A DNA stretch of 43,518 nucleotides from Promethearchaeota archaeon (GTDB lineage: Archaea; Asgardarchaeota; Lokiarchaeia; Sigyniarchaeales; SOKP01). The notes under the pieces are model-generated. The model searched no databases and was not told the DNA's origin. It saw nothing but the letters and a program-made list of their open reading frames with translations. The stretch lies in contig JAEOTA010000075.1 of assembly GCA_016840085.1 (NCBI GenBank), forward strand, positions 1 through 43,518, read 5' to 3'. Below are positions 10,072-20,579 of the stretch, piece after piece. The position numbers and the translations under genes are program-made. How positions within the stretch are numbered: the first letter of the stretch is position 1; every line of letters starts with the position of its first letter.

Positions 10072-10193
10072 TGAATTGGTAAATTCTAATTCTAATTCCT
10101 TCTTCTCGAAATTGTATCTTTATTTCTATGATTTATTTTCCATAGAAATTTGATATATAAAATTAGGAATAAAAAATAAAAAATAATTTGGTT

Positions 10194-11327
10194 TTAGCTA
10201 GGACGAGGAGGAGCAAATCTTACAATTCTCTGTTTTTCAACTAATGATATTGCGTTTTCAGGGCAGAAAGCGGCACATACTCCACACCCTATACAAAGTT
10301 CTTCTATAGTTTCGGCTTTTCCTTCATCATTTAATTCCTTCGCTCCCGAATAACATTTTTCAACACATGTTCCACATCCGGTGCAAAGATCATGATCTAC
10401 ATGTGCTATATAATTTGTAAGATTAGCTGTTATATTTCTTGCTTGACCGCAACAGCAGTTACAACAATTGCATATACTGTCTTCTTCTCGTTTGAAATCC
10501 ATATTGGGATGATAAGCCTTATGTACCAACCCATCTTCTTCAGATTTTTTTAATATCTCAAGTGCTTCTTCTTTGGTAATCATTCTGGCAAAACCTTGTT
10601 CGCTAGTATAGCGAGCAGATTTTCCAAATGTAAAACAATTTTCTCGCAAATCGGTTTGTTTACATGGCTCTCCTAATAAGTCATGGTAATGACGGCAATA
10701 GCAATGTCCTACAGCAATATCATCAAATTTTTGAACAATTTCTTCAACTTTTTGAGCAGAAATTATCTTTTCTTCGGGTACTTCTAATTCTTCATCAATG
10801 ATAATATTGATTTCTTTTCCAGTTTCAAAATTTTCGGTATAGGGTACTGTTCTGTCAATTGGGCGCATAGTTGGAAGAAAATTTTTCACAACGGCATCAT
10901 AATTAGCTAACAATCTCCCTCTAGATTCTTTATTTAACTTAGCATATAATTGGGCTAATTCCTTTTCCGACTCGTTATATTCGAGTTTTTTCATAAATGT
11001 ATATTCAAATACACCAACATTGACAAATGGCATTAATCGAAATATCATTAAACCAATACGGTTTGGTTGATTCAAAATTAAGCCCTTTTTAGCTAGAAAC
11101 TCAACTTTCTTATCAATATCTTCCTCAGATAACCCACTACTGTCTTTCAATTGTTCCATAGTTTGAGATCTTCGCCTTTTAAATGCTATTATAAAGTCTA
11201 AATACTCTTCTGAAACAATATGCTTTAATATCGCAACGGTACTGTCACTAACGGGAACTGGAGTACCACCAGCACTATTAACAACTTGAACAGCCTTTTT
11301 ATATTTTTCATCTATAGCTTCTGACAT
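10194..11327 (-). CDS. wHTH + Cys-rich Fe-S domain + 2x[4Fe-4S] ferredoxin protein (paralog 1)
   Basis: wHTH-like QTMEQLKDSSGLSEEDIDKKVEFLAKKGLI; CYCR..PC..C; ICNCCNCCC; CTGCGTCVEKC and CIGCGVCAAFCP. Confidence 0.85.
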   Translation of the reverse strand: MSEAIDEKYKKAVQVVNSAGGTPVPVSDSTVAILKHIVSEEYLDFIIAFKRRRSQTMEQLKDSSGLSEEDIDKKVEFLAKKGLILNQPNRIGLMIFRLMPFVNVGVFEYTFMKKLEYNESEKELAQLYAKLNKESRGRLLANYDAVVKNFLPTMRPIDRTVPYTENFETGKEINIIIDEELEVPEEKIISAQKVEEIVQKFDDIAVGHCYCRHYHDLLGEPCKQTDLRENCFTFGKSARYTSEQGFARMITKEEALEILKKSEEDGLVHKAYHPNMDFKREEDSICNCCNCCCGQARNITANLTNYIAHVDHDLCTGCGTCVEKCYSGAKELNDEGKAETIEELCIGCGVCAAFCPENAISLVEKQRIVRFAPPRPS

Positions 11328-11424
11328 TTTTCATCAATAATCTATTAATTTTCTTTAAAAATTCTTGTGTTATAAAATCTATTTGCAATTTTAAAATTTC
11401 TCGTTAATTTATTTAATACTTTCC

Positions 11425-11854
11425 TCAAAATCTATATTTTTTATTAACAATATTTGAATGAATTTCCTCAGTTAGAAGGATATATTCTGAACTACCTGGC
11501 AAGAGAACAAAAATTGGATCTTCAGTTTTACTAATGTCGAAGCCAATCTTTTTCATATTGGATTTTGGGATTTTATAGGTAGTTGTTGTAGATAATTTGG
11601 ATAAGAAACGTATGAAAAGGGGGATTTGCATATTTGGGTAAATTCTTGTTTAAAATTTTTAAAACTCCGTTAAAGCCAAACTCATCAGGTTTCTTTTTAG
11701 AAAAAATTTTAACATTCCAATCTCTACAAAAATTTTGGATATATTCAGATTCATTTGCAATTTTGGTATAAATTTCATAATAATCATTTAGATCTACCAC
11801 AGATAATGTTCCACTATCCATTTTATTTATCAATTCTTCTTGTATCAATTTCAA
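11425..11854 (-). pseudogene. Probable degraded gene remnant in two overlapping frames (N-terminal part weakly SCP2-like)
   Basis: Strong GAGGAGGA RBS before TTG at 11848. A 93-aa ORF overlaps a 68-aa ORF in another frame, and neither forms a complete recognisable domain. Confidence 0.35.
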
Positions 11855-12021
11855 TCCTCCTCTTTTGAGATAAATTTTTAATATTCAACCTATTTATTAG
11901 CAAAGAAGCTGATATCACATGGTTTATTTTTATAATTAGAAAAGTTTATCATTACAATTAAATTTAAGAAATGCAACTACATTACTAAAGTATTCGTTTT
12001 AATAATTCTTATTATAAGAGC

Positions 12022-13323
12022 ATGGTAAGAAAACAACACTTTGTAAGCCCTATAATATCGAAACTCGAACAGGCCTTAATCAAGGGGAATAGATCAGTAC
12101 TAGATAATTTTTGGAAGAATATTGAACAAACTGGAACACCTATAATTGAACCCTTTGAAGATGATAATAATTGCAAGCTTGTCACTTTTGTTGTACGGGG
12201 AACTAGGGAAATAAAAAATGCTGTAATCATAACCGCATTAGCAAATCAAGATGATGTATTAACAAATAATATCTGTGAACGGGTTGAAAACACGAATATT
12301 TTCTATAAGACTTTTAAAGTACTAAATGGAACTCGTACAATATATACTATAAGTAAGAATAATAATCTTAGATATAACAGGTTTTATGATAATATAATTC
12401 TTAATTGGCATACTTGCTCCCCTGATCCTTTCAACTCAAAAAAGTTTTATCAAAGATATCGCAGAGAAGGGCAACGGATAGAAATTGAATATTCAGTTTT
12501 GGAAATGCCAGATACAAAGCCACGAATATGGAGTTTAAAAGATGATACTGTGCCTTCGGGAAAAGTAGAGGAAATAGATTTTTATAGTAATATTCTCAAT
12601 ATGAACCGTAAGATTTGGATATATACTCCTCCAAATTTTTCCAAAACTGAGGAAAAATATCATTTTTTGGTGATTTTTGACGGAAAGGCGTTTCTTGACT
12701 TTACGCAACCTCCAATAATATTTGATAATTTAATAGCTAAAAATAAAATTCCGTCATTAGTTGCTGTTTTTATTCATAATTACAGTGGTTTTCAAAGAGG
12801 AAAAGATTTAGATTGTTATCCTTCATTCGCAGATTTTATTGCTAAAGAACTAGTATCTTGGGCTAAAAAAAATTATTATATTTCCTCTGATCCCAATGAA
12901 GCAGTATTAATGGGAAGTAGCTCTGGTGCATTAGCAGCTGCATTTATTGGATATAGGTATCCCAATACTTTTAGAAAAATATTATCACAATCAGGATTTT
13001 ATGGATGGTTTCCAGGCAATATATTTTTCCAGCGGATGCGTTATTATTATGGAAAAGATTTTGTTCGCTGGTGGACCAAGGAAGATGAACAAGAACCTTA
13101 TTGGTTAATTAGGCAATTTTATAAAAGTGAAAAATTACCATTAAAGTTTTATGTAAATGTAGGAAATCTTGAAACTCGAACCATGCCTTCAGTCCATCAA
13201 TTTCGTAAGATGCTCCAAGAAAAAGGATATGAACACTATTATGAAGAATATCCAGGTGGACATGAATATATTGCTTGGCGAGAACACCTTCCTGAAGGGT
13301 TGATTTATTTAATTGGAAATTAA
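12022..13323 (+). CDS. Enterochelin esterase (Fes)-like alpha/beta hydrolase
   Basis: N-terminal GTPIIEP..VTFV domain, RKIWIYTPP, FDG, GSSSG nucleophile elbow, SQSG and EYPGGHEY. Confidence 0.88.
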   Translation: MVRKQHFVSPIISKLEQALIKGNRSVLDNFWKNIEQTGTPIIEPFEDDNNCKLVTFVVRGTREIKNAVIITALANQDDVLTNNICERVENTNIFYKTFKVLNGTRTIYTISKNNNLRYNRFYDNIILNWHTCSPDPFNSKKFYQRYRREGQRIEIEYSVLEMPDTKPRIWSLKDDTVPSGKVEEIDFYSNILNMNRKIWIYTPPNFSKTEEKYHFLVIFDGKAFLDFTQPPIIFDNLIAKNKIPSLVAVFIHNYSGFQRGKDLDCYPSFADFIAKELVSWAKKNYYISSDPNEAVLMGSSSGALAAAFIGYRYPNTFRKILSQSGFYGWFPGNIFFQRMRYYYGKDFVRWWTKEDEQEPYWLIRQFYKSEKLPLKFYVNVGNLETRTMPSVHQFRKMLQEKGYEHYYEEYPGGHEYIAWREHLPEGLIYLIGN

Positions 13324-13419
13324 AATTGTATATATACTATTTTCTCATATCCTCATTAAAATTTTAAGCAATATAAAATTTAATTGTAATTAAAAACTTC
13401 TCGTTAAGGATTAAAAGGT

Positions 13420-15717
13420 ATGATTGAAAAAAAAGATCAAAAGTCTCGTGATGAAGTAAAGATTATTCGTACTGGATGTTGCCACGATTGTGGTGGTAGA
13501 TGTAGCCTTTGGGCTCATGTTAAAAATGGTAAAATTATTAAGTTTGAAACAGATAGTAGCGAAGAATCTCAATTAAGAGCTTGTGCAAGGGGAAGAGCAT
13601 ATCGCCAAAGAGTTTATTCTTCAGAAAGACTTAAATATCCTATGCGCCGAATTGGCGAGCGAGGTGAGGGTAAATTTGAACGTATATCTTGGGATGAAGC
13701 TTTAGATATAGTTGCAAATAAACTTAAAGAAATTAAAAATAAGTATGGTAATTCAGCAATTCTTTTTGTTCCTGGTTCTGGAAATCAAGGTTGGATTCAT
13801 GGACCTATGCCTGTGGGATTAATGCTTAATCAATTTGGAGGTTATACTCGTATGTGGGGTGCCCCATCATATGAAGGGGCTCTGTTTGCGTCGATGGCAA
13901 CATATGGGACAATGATGACTGGTAATGCTCGTGAAGATTTTCTCAATTCTAAGCTTATCATTATATGGGGCTGGAATCCAGCAAATACAGTATGGGATCC
14001 AGGAACTCCTTTAATGTTAGCTAGAGCTAGAGAAAAAGGTATTAAGATAGTAAATATTGATCCAATCTTTACTGATTCTGCTGCAATTTTGGCTGAACAA
14101 TGGATACCTATTCGTCCAGGTACTGATTCTGCTATGCTTATTGCTATGACATATGTAATTATAACAGAAAATCTTCATGATCAAAAATTTATTAATAGCT
14201 ACACAGTTGGTTTTAATAAATATAAAAAGTATGTATTGGGAGATGAGGATGGAATACCTAAAACCCCAGAATGGGCTGAAAAAATAACTATTGTTCCAGC
14301 AGATACTATTATTAACCTAGCTCGAGAATATGCGACAAATAAGCCAGCAGCTCTCGTTGCTGGTTGGGGTCCTGCGCGTACTGCATTAGGAGAACAATAT
14401 TCAAGAGCTGCTAATGCCCTGTGTGCAATTACAGGAAATATTGGTATCAATGGGGGTTATGCTTCTGGTTTCATGAGAGCTTATTATAGTCGTGAAGCAG
14501 TTGTCTCAGGAGGGAAAAAGAAAGTAGGACCAGTTAAACCTGAAGAGCAAAAAAAATTAGTAAAAGATAAGAGTCCACGAGGTAATCCAGTTGATTTTAA
14601 TGCACCTCCTCGAAAAGATAGTTTATATAAATTAAGAGGTGGAACAAATCCTGCAAGTACTCGAATCCATTATAATGAATATTATGATGCCATATTACAA
14701 GGTCGAAAAGGAGGATATCCTGCTGATTTAAAGATGGCATATATTGTCGCAACAAACCATTTAAATCAATATAGCAATGTAAATAAGGGCATAAAGGCAT
14801 TAAAAGCTCTTGAATTCATTGTAGTTCACGAACAATTTATGACACCTACCGCTAAATTTGCAGATATTTTATTACCAGTTAATACTTTTATGGAACGTAA
14901 TGATATTGCTGTACCATGGCTAGGCTCACCCTATTATATTTATTTGAATAAAACAATTGATTCCTTATATGAATCCAAATCGGATTTAGAAATATGCAGA
15001 GAACTATCTAAAAGATTAGGGATTGATCCTGGTCTTTTAAACCTTTCAGAGGATCAAATCTTACGAATATTTACCTCCCCCCGTAAAGATATTAAAAGTT
15101 ATGATCAGATGAAAAAAGATGGATTTTATAAAGTAAAAGTAGAGGAACCATTTGTTGCATTTAAAGAACAGATAGAAGACCCTAAAAATAATCCTTTTCC
15201 TACATTATCAGGAAAAATTGAAATCTATTGCGAACATATGGCTGAATTAAACATCCCAAATATGCCACCTATTCCAAATTATTTGAGCCATGATGAGCAT
15301 TATGATGCACCCTTAGCAAAAAAATATCCTTTACAACTTCTTACTCCCCATAACAAAAGGAGAACTCACTCAAGTTTGAGTATGATTCCATGGTTAGAAG
15401 AAGTGGAACCACATGCGGTATGGATTAATCCAATTGATGCTGATTCAAGAAATATTGACCATTATGATTTAGTTGATATTTATAATGACAGAGGACGAGT
15501 AAGAATCCCTGCGAATGTAACAGAACGAGTTATCCCCGGGGTGGTTGTAATTTATCAAGGAGCATGGTATAATCCAGATAAAGATGGAGTTGATCTTGGA
15601 GGATGTGGGAATGTTTTAACAAAAGATACACGTTCTCCTGGAGGTGCATTTCCTATGAACAGTGCTCTGGTACAAGTAGAATTATTTTCTAAAAAAGAAT
15701 CGGAGGGCTCACCATGA
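13420..15717 (+). CDS. dmsA: DMSO reductase family molybdopterin oxidoreductase catalytic subunit (DmsA-like, predicted Ser ligand, no Tat signal)
   Basis: CCHDCGGRC...RACARG FS0 motif, RLKYPMRR, WGAPSYE, PGTDSAM, TPTAKFADILLP, WINPIDA and QGAWY. ATGA overlap with the next gene. Confidence 0.92.
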   Translation: MIEKKDQKSRDEVKIIRTGCCHDCGGRCSLWAHVKNGKIIKFETDSSEESQLRACARGRAYRQRVYSSERLKYPMRRIGERGEGKFERISWDEALDIVANKLKEIKNKYGNSAILFVPGSGNQGWIHGPMPVGLMLNQFGGYTRMWGAPSYEGALFASMATYGTMMTGNAREDFLNSKLIIIWGWNPANTVWDPGTPLMLARAREKGIKIVNIDPIFTDSAAILAEQWIPIRPGTDSAMLIAMTYVIITENLHDQKFINSYTVGFNKYKKYVLGDEDGIPKTPEWAEKITIVPADTIINLAREYATNKPAALVAGWGPARTALGEQYSRAANALCAITGNIGINGGYASGFMRAYYSREAVVSGGKKKVGPVKPEEQKKLVKDKSPRGNPVDFNAPPRKDSLYKLRGGTNPASTRIHYNEYYDAILQGRKGGYPADLKMAYIVATNHLNQYSNVNKGIKALKALEFIVVHEQFMTPTAKFADILLPVNTFMERNDIAVPWLGSPYYIYLNKTIDSLYESKSDLEICRELSKRLGIDPGLLNLSEDQILRIFTSPRKDIKSYDQMKKDGFYKVKVEEPFVAFKEQIEDPKNNPFPTLSGKIEIYCEHMAELNIPNMPPIPNYLSHDEHYDAPLAKKYPLQLLTPHNKRRTHSSLSMIPWLEEVEPHAVWINPIDADSRNIDHYDLVDIYNDRGRVRIPANVTERVIPGVVVIYQGAWYNPDKDGVDLGGCGNVLTKDTRSPGGAFPMNSALVQVELFSKKESEGSP

Positions 15718-16271
15718 AACAGATGGGATTTTATTTCGACCAAACAAGGTGCACTGGTTGCTATACTTGTTCAGTAGCTTGTAAAGATTGGAATGATATT
15801 GATGCTGGACCTGAAAATTGGATGCGTATAATAGCAAATGAAAAAGGAAAATTTCCAAATATATCTCTTTCATATCTTGCTATCGCTTGTAACCATTGCG
15901 CTGATCCTCCATGTATTAAAGCATGTCCCACTAATGCTATCACAAAAAGAGATTCTAATGGAATTGTTCTCGTAGATCAAGAAAAATGTTTAGGAAAAAG
16001 CGAATGTGGAGCTAAATGCTTAAAGGCTTGTCCATATAAAGCACCGCAATTCAGCTCAGAAAATGCCAAAATGCATAAGTGTCATCTTTGCTTTGATAGG
16101 TTAGAACAAGGTCAACAAACGATATGCGTTGAGGCATGTCCAATGTATGCTTTAGATGTGGATACGATTGAAGAATTACATAAAAAATATGGAACAAACA
16201 CAGAAGCTGATGGCTTTCACTACAGTGAGAAGATAAGACCGTCAATAATATTTAAAAAAAGAAATACCTGA
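15714..16271 (+). CDS. dmsB: DmsB-like 4x[4Fe-4S] electron-transfer subunit
   Basis: QMGFYFDQTRCTGCYTCSVACKDWN, CNHCADPPCIKACP, CLGKSECGAKCLKACPY, KCHLC and CVEACP. Confidence 0.92.
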   Translation: MKQMGFYFDQTRCTGCYTCSVACKDWNDIDAGPENWMRIIANEKGKFPNISLSYLAIACNHCADPPCIKACPTNAITKRDSNGIVLVDQEKCLGKSECGAKCLKACPYKAPQFSSENAKMHKCHLCFDRLEQGQQTICVEACPMYALDVDTIEELHKKYGTNTEADGFHYSEKIRPSIIFKKRNT

Positions 16272-16285
16272 ATTGCTCAAATTTT

Positions 16286-17224
16286 ATGCAAAAAATAAAA
16301 GTAAAACGTCTTATTAATAATCCAATTATTTACCCTGAGATAGATGAAACTCTAAGTCATAATATTAATGGTCCATCCTTAATTCGCATACCAAATTGGA
16401 TTGAAAATCCACTTGGAAAATATTATCTTTATTTTGCCAATCATAAAGGATCTTATATATATTTAGCTTATGCTGATAATTTAGAAGGTCCTTGGCGTAT
16501 CTATAGAAAAGGAACTTTACAATTAGAGGAATCTCTTTTTTCCACAACCCCCTCAGTTCAAGTACCAAAATTTGCTAAAGAAGCAGTCAAACATGGTTCT
16601 GATGAAAGAACCCCACATATTAGCTCTCCTGACGTTCATGTTCATGAAGATACAAAAGAAATTCGTATGTATTACCATGGACTCCAATCAGATGGATATC
16701 AAACGTCTCGTGTAGCGCATTCTAAAGATGGGATTCATTTTATACCTGAACCCGAGATTATATCTTTCTCTTATTTACGGGTATTTAAATTTACTGCGTG
16801 GTATTATGGCATGTGTATGCCGGGAATATTCTATAGGTCTCGAAATGGGATAAGTAATTGGGAAAGAGGTCCAATTCTTTTTAACAGAAATATGCGCCAT
16901 TCCGCTTTAAGAGTAGATGAAAATCTATTACAAGTGTTCTGGACTAGAGTAGGCGATTCTCCTGAAAGAATATTGCTATCTACCATCGATTTATCGAAAG
17001 AATGGTCGGAATGGAAGGAATCTTTACCAATTGAGATTCTTACTCCAGAAAAAGATTGGGAAGGAGGAAACTTATCAGTTGAACCGTCCTTTCGAGGTCC
17101 TATTAATGAATCTGTTTGTCAATTACGTGATCCAGCAATTTATGAAGAAAAAGATAAAATTTTCTTATTATATGCTATAGCAGGTGAATCTGGTATAGCT
17201 ATTGCGGAGTTAAGCGGCTTATAA
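16286..17224 (+). CDS. Five-bladed beta-propeller glycoside-hydrolase-like protein (GH43/GH32/GH130 clan-like)
   Basis: NINGPS, YYLYFANH, ADNLEGPW, SSPDVHV, RMYYHG, SKDGIHF and LRDPAIY blade repeats. Confidence 0.7.
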   Translation: MQKIKVKRLINNPIIYPEIDETLSHNINGPSLIRIPNWIENPLGKYYLYFANHKGSYIYLAYADNLEGPWRIYRKGTLQLEESLFSTTPSVQVPKFAKEAVKHGSDERTPHISSPDVHVHEDTKEIRMYYHGLQSDGYQTSRVAHSKDGIHFIPEPEIISFSYLRVFKFTAWYYGMCMPGIFYRSRNGISNWERGPILFNRNMRHSALRVDENLLQVFWTRVGDSPERILLSTIDLSKEWSEWKESLPIEILTPEKDWEGGNLSVEPSFRGPINESVCQLRDPAIYEEKDKIFLLYAIAGESGIAIAELSGL

Positions 17225-17416
17225 TTCATCAATTGATATAATTGCTCGAATAAAATCTAATGCTATTTCTTTTATACTAAAAGTGATCTGTATCTCTGAT
17301 AAAATTTTCAGAGATATTTATAGAAAAATTTAGTTCTAAAATTAAAATAAAATGTATTACAAATTCTAATTATTAATTAAAAATTTAGATTTAAAATACT
17401 TTGAAGGTTTATTTCA

Positions 17417-18916
17417 ATGGAAGATGATATTATTGTAGAAACTACTCATGGGAAGGTACGTGGATACAGTAGAAGAGGAGTCATAAAATTCAAGGGAATC
17501 CCGTATGCAACGCCTCCCATCGGTAATCTTCGTTTTAAGGCTCCCGCGCCAGTAGAACCATGGAGTGATGTACGTGATGCGACAAAATATAGTCCTGTTG
17601 CACCTCAACCACCCTCAGCTCTTGAAGCACTTTTTGGAGAACAAATGCCTCAGAGTGAAGCAGAATGTTTAACATTAAATATATGGACTCCAAGGTTAGA
17701 TAATGGTAAAAGATCTGTTATGTTTTGGATACATGGAGGCGGATTTATTACAGGAAACGGTGCATCTTTAGATGGATCACGCTTAGTCCTAAGGGGAAAT
17801 GTGGTTGTGGTAAGTATCAATTATCGGTTAGGGTATTTAGGTTTTCTTTATATGCCTGAGGTACCTGATACAAACGCTAATGTGGGACTACTTGATATGA
17901 TTGCAGCACTCAAATGGGTAAAAGAGAATATCTCTTTATTTGGAGGTAATCCAAATAATGTCACAATTTTCGGTGAATCAGCAGGTGGTTTTGCAGTATC
18001 GAGTTTACTTGCTATGCCTGCTGCTAAAAGATTATTCCATCGGGCTATTCCACAATCTGGAGCTGCTCATAAGTTAGGCTTTAATCCTATAGCTGGAATA
18101 AAAGTTTATGAGAATTTACTTAAGGATTTAGGACTTAAAAAAGGTGATATAGAAGCATTACGAAAAGTTCCTACCGAGAAGTTTATTGTGCCTCAGGATA
18201 CAATCTTGAGAATCCAGGAGGGTGTATTGAGATTAGGGCCCGTTGTTGATAAAATGACTTTGCCAGATCACCCGCTTGATGCTATAAGAAAGGGTTTTGC
18301 TAAGGATATTGACATATTCATAGGGTCAAATTTAGATGAAAGTAAATTATGGTTAATGTGGACACCTCAAGCGAATGAACTTACAGAAGAGAAATTATTA
18401 CAAAATGTAAATAATCTAATGACTTATTCAAAAAAAGATGAAAAAAAGTCTAAAGAGTTAATAGAAATCTATAGAAAATTAAGAAAAACTCCAAGAAATA
18501 TAATGGACGCAATTTCTACAGATTATATGTTTCGAATTCCTGCAATTCAACTTGCGAAAGCACAATGTGAATATCAACCGAATACTTATATGTATCTATT
18601 TGCATGGAAAAGCCCTATGGAAGGAGGAAAATATGGAGCAGTGCATGCACTTGAGCTTCCATTCGTTTTTGGGCTTCTTGGAAACCAAGATATTGGTTTT
18701 TTTCCGCGTAAGACTGATGAAACACAAAACCTTTCTGAAAAAATGATGGACGCATGGATTTCATTCGCTCATAATGGAAATCCAAATCACAATAATATCC
18801 CTGAGTTGCCTAGTTATGACAAAGAAAAAAGATCTACCATAATATTTGATAAAGAGATTACTATAGAAGAAGATCCTTATAGCAATGAAAGGATGGCGTG
18901 GGATAGTATTTTATAA
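17417..18916 (+). CDS. Type-B carboxylesterase (PnbA-like)
   Basis: FKGIPYA, ECLTLNIW, WIHGGGF, NYRLG, FGESAG nucleophile, QSG and HALELPFVFG. Confidence 0.95.
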   Translation: MEDDIIVETTHGKVRGYSRRGVIKFKGIPYATPPIGNLRFKAPAPVEPWSDVRDATKYSPVAPQPPSALEALFGEQMPQSEAECLTLNIWTPRLDNGKRSVMFWIHGGGFITGNGASLDGSRLVLRGNVVVVSINYRLGYLGFLYMPEVPDTNANVGLLDMIAALKWVKENISLFGGNPNNVTIFGESAGGFAVSSLLAMPAAKRLFHRAIPQSGAAHKLGFNPIAGIKVYENLLKDLGLKKGDIEALRKVPTEKFIVPQDTILRIQEGVLRLGPVVDKMTLPDHPLDAIRKGFAKDIDIFIGSNLDESKLWLMWTPQANELTEEKLLQNVNNLMTYSKKDEKKSKELIEIYRKLRKTPRNIMDAISTDYMFRIPAIQLAKAQCEYQPNTYMYLFAWKSPMEGGKYGAVHALELPFVFGLLGNQDIGFFPRKTDETQNLSEKMMDAWISFAHNGNPNHNNIPELPSYDKEKRSTIIFDKEITIEEDPYSNERMAWDSIL

Positions 18917-18969
18917 ATATTCTGAAACTTTCAAATTAATTATCTATTTTTCTTTTTATTATTTAAATA

Positions 18970-20427
18970 TTAAATTACTCTTCGCCTTTTCCAATCCGCA
19001 TTATCGCTTGTTCTCAAGTACCATCTTAAAAGACGTTCTTTTAAATCTATTTTAGTGCTATTAAATTCAGAATCATCAATTAAATTTTCAAGTTCATTAG
19101 GATCATTAAGTAAATCATATAACTCTTCTTTTCCTTCATCTCTAATAATTAATTTCCATTTTTTTGTTCGTATCATAGCTGAACGTGAAACAGTTGATGG
19201 ATTTTCCTTAGGTATGTTTGTTTTATCAAAATAAATTCCTGCTATGGGAATATCCGAACTTTTAATAGAATCTTCGAAGCATTGGGGTTCTCTAGGGTTA
19301 TATCCCCCCTCTGCAAAGATAGCATCTCTATGTTCAGAAGCCTTATTTTGTAAAAGAGGTATTAAACTCTTACCAAAATGTGTATATAGAGTTTCAACTC
19401 GAGCAATATCCATGATTGTTGGAAATATGTCAATAGACGAAACTAAATTTTCATAAATATTTTTGCTAGTTTTAATTCCAGGAATTTTTATGATTAATGG
19501 GATATTTATTAAACAATCTTGAAAAGCATTAGGCCACTTCTCAGTTAAACCATAATCTCCTGCGAAATCTCCGTGGTCAGCAAAAAAGAGTATAGCGGAG
19601 TTATCATATTCTCCAATCTCTTTTAATTTTGTAATAATTTGTCCGAATTGAAAATCTACTTTTGAAATCATTCCATAATATGTAGCAATGATTTCTTTAT
19701 AATCCTCTTTATTTAATTTATCTAGACCATATCTTTTATACATGAGATGCATAAACTCTGGTTTATCGTTATGCTTAGGAGGAATTAGTGATGGAATACT
19801 TTCTCTGTCATACATAGAAAAATAAGGTTCTTCAACTGTATATGGGGGATGTGGAAAAGCAATTGCAATATAAAGACAAAATGGTTTTTTTAAGTTTGAA
19901 TCCAAGTATTCTAAAGCCTTTTGAACGGTATAATAATCTATATCATTTGCCTCTTCTTGAGTTCTTTCTCCAAAATAAAATGATTTTCTTAAACGATGAT
20001 CTTTTGGAAAGGGATTAATTTTATAACGAGATCTTTTACTAAACAAATCCTTATAAGTGACACTTTCGTTCACACTTAAATTAATCGTCTCTTTATCAAA
20101 TAAATCGTTTCTACCTATCCAAATAACCTCATACCCTTGGTTTTTTAAAAATTTAAATAGATTTTCTTCATGAGGTTGCAATAACTGATAAAGACTCCTA
20201 TGACCATTTGAATGGATATATTGTCCTGTAAAAATACAGCATCGGGATGGTACACAAACAGGATTAACTGTAAAACATTTAGTAAACGCTACACCCTCTT
20301 TAGCAAGTTGATCAATATTGGGAGTTTTGATTATTGGATTTCCTATTCCTTCTAAAGAAACAGTATCTCCTCTCATTTCATCTGGGACAAATATAATAAT
20401 ATTGGGAAGAGCTTTATTTTCTACCAT
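18970..20427 (-). CDS. Formylglycine-dependent sulfatase
   Basis: PNIIIFVPDEMR, CVPSR (CxPxR), FPHPPY, ADHG and ELYDLLNDPNE. Confidence 0.93.
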   Translation of the reverse strand: MVENKALPNIIIFVPDEMRGDTVSLEGIGNPIIKTPNIDQLAKEGVAFTKCFTVNPVCVPSRCCIFTGQYIHSNGHRSLYQLLQPHEENLFKFLKNQGYEVIWIGRNDLFDKETINLSVNESVTYKDLFSKRSRYKINPFPKDHRLRKSFYFGERTQEEANDIDYYTVQKALEYLDSNLKKPFCLYIAIAFPHPPYTVEEPYFSMYDRESIPSLIPPKHNDKPEFMHLMYKRYGLDKLNKEDYKEIIATYYGMISKVDFQFGQIITKLKEIGEYDNSAILFFADHGDFAGDYGLTEKWPNAFQDCLINIPLIIKIPGIKTSKNIYENLVSSIDIFPTIMDIARVETLYTHFGKSLIPLLQNKASEHRDAIFAEGGYNPREPQCFEDSIKSSDIPIAGIYFDKTNIPKENPSTVSRSAMIRTKKWKLIIRDEGKEELYDLLNDPNELENLIDDSEFNSTKIDLKERLLRWYLRTSDNADWKRRRVI

Positions 20428-20579
20428 ATTTAACTCATTATTTTCAAGAATTAAAAAATTATTAGTTTGATATTTAGAAACTACAATTTTTAAGTTTGCA
20501 AGAATATTAATTAGATTTAACCATTTAAAAAATCTATTTCAAATATTAAAAACTAAATTATCAAGAATTTAAAAAGAAG

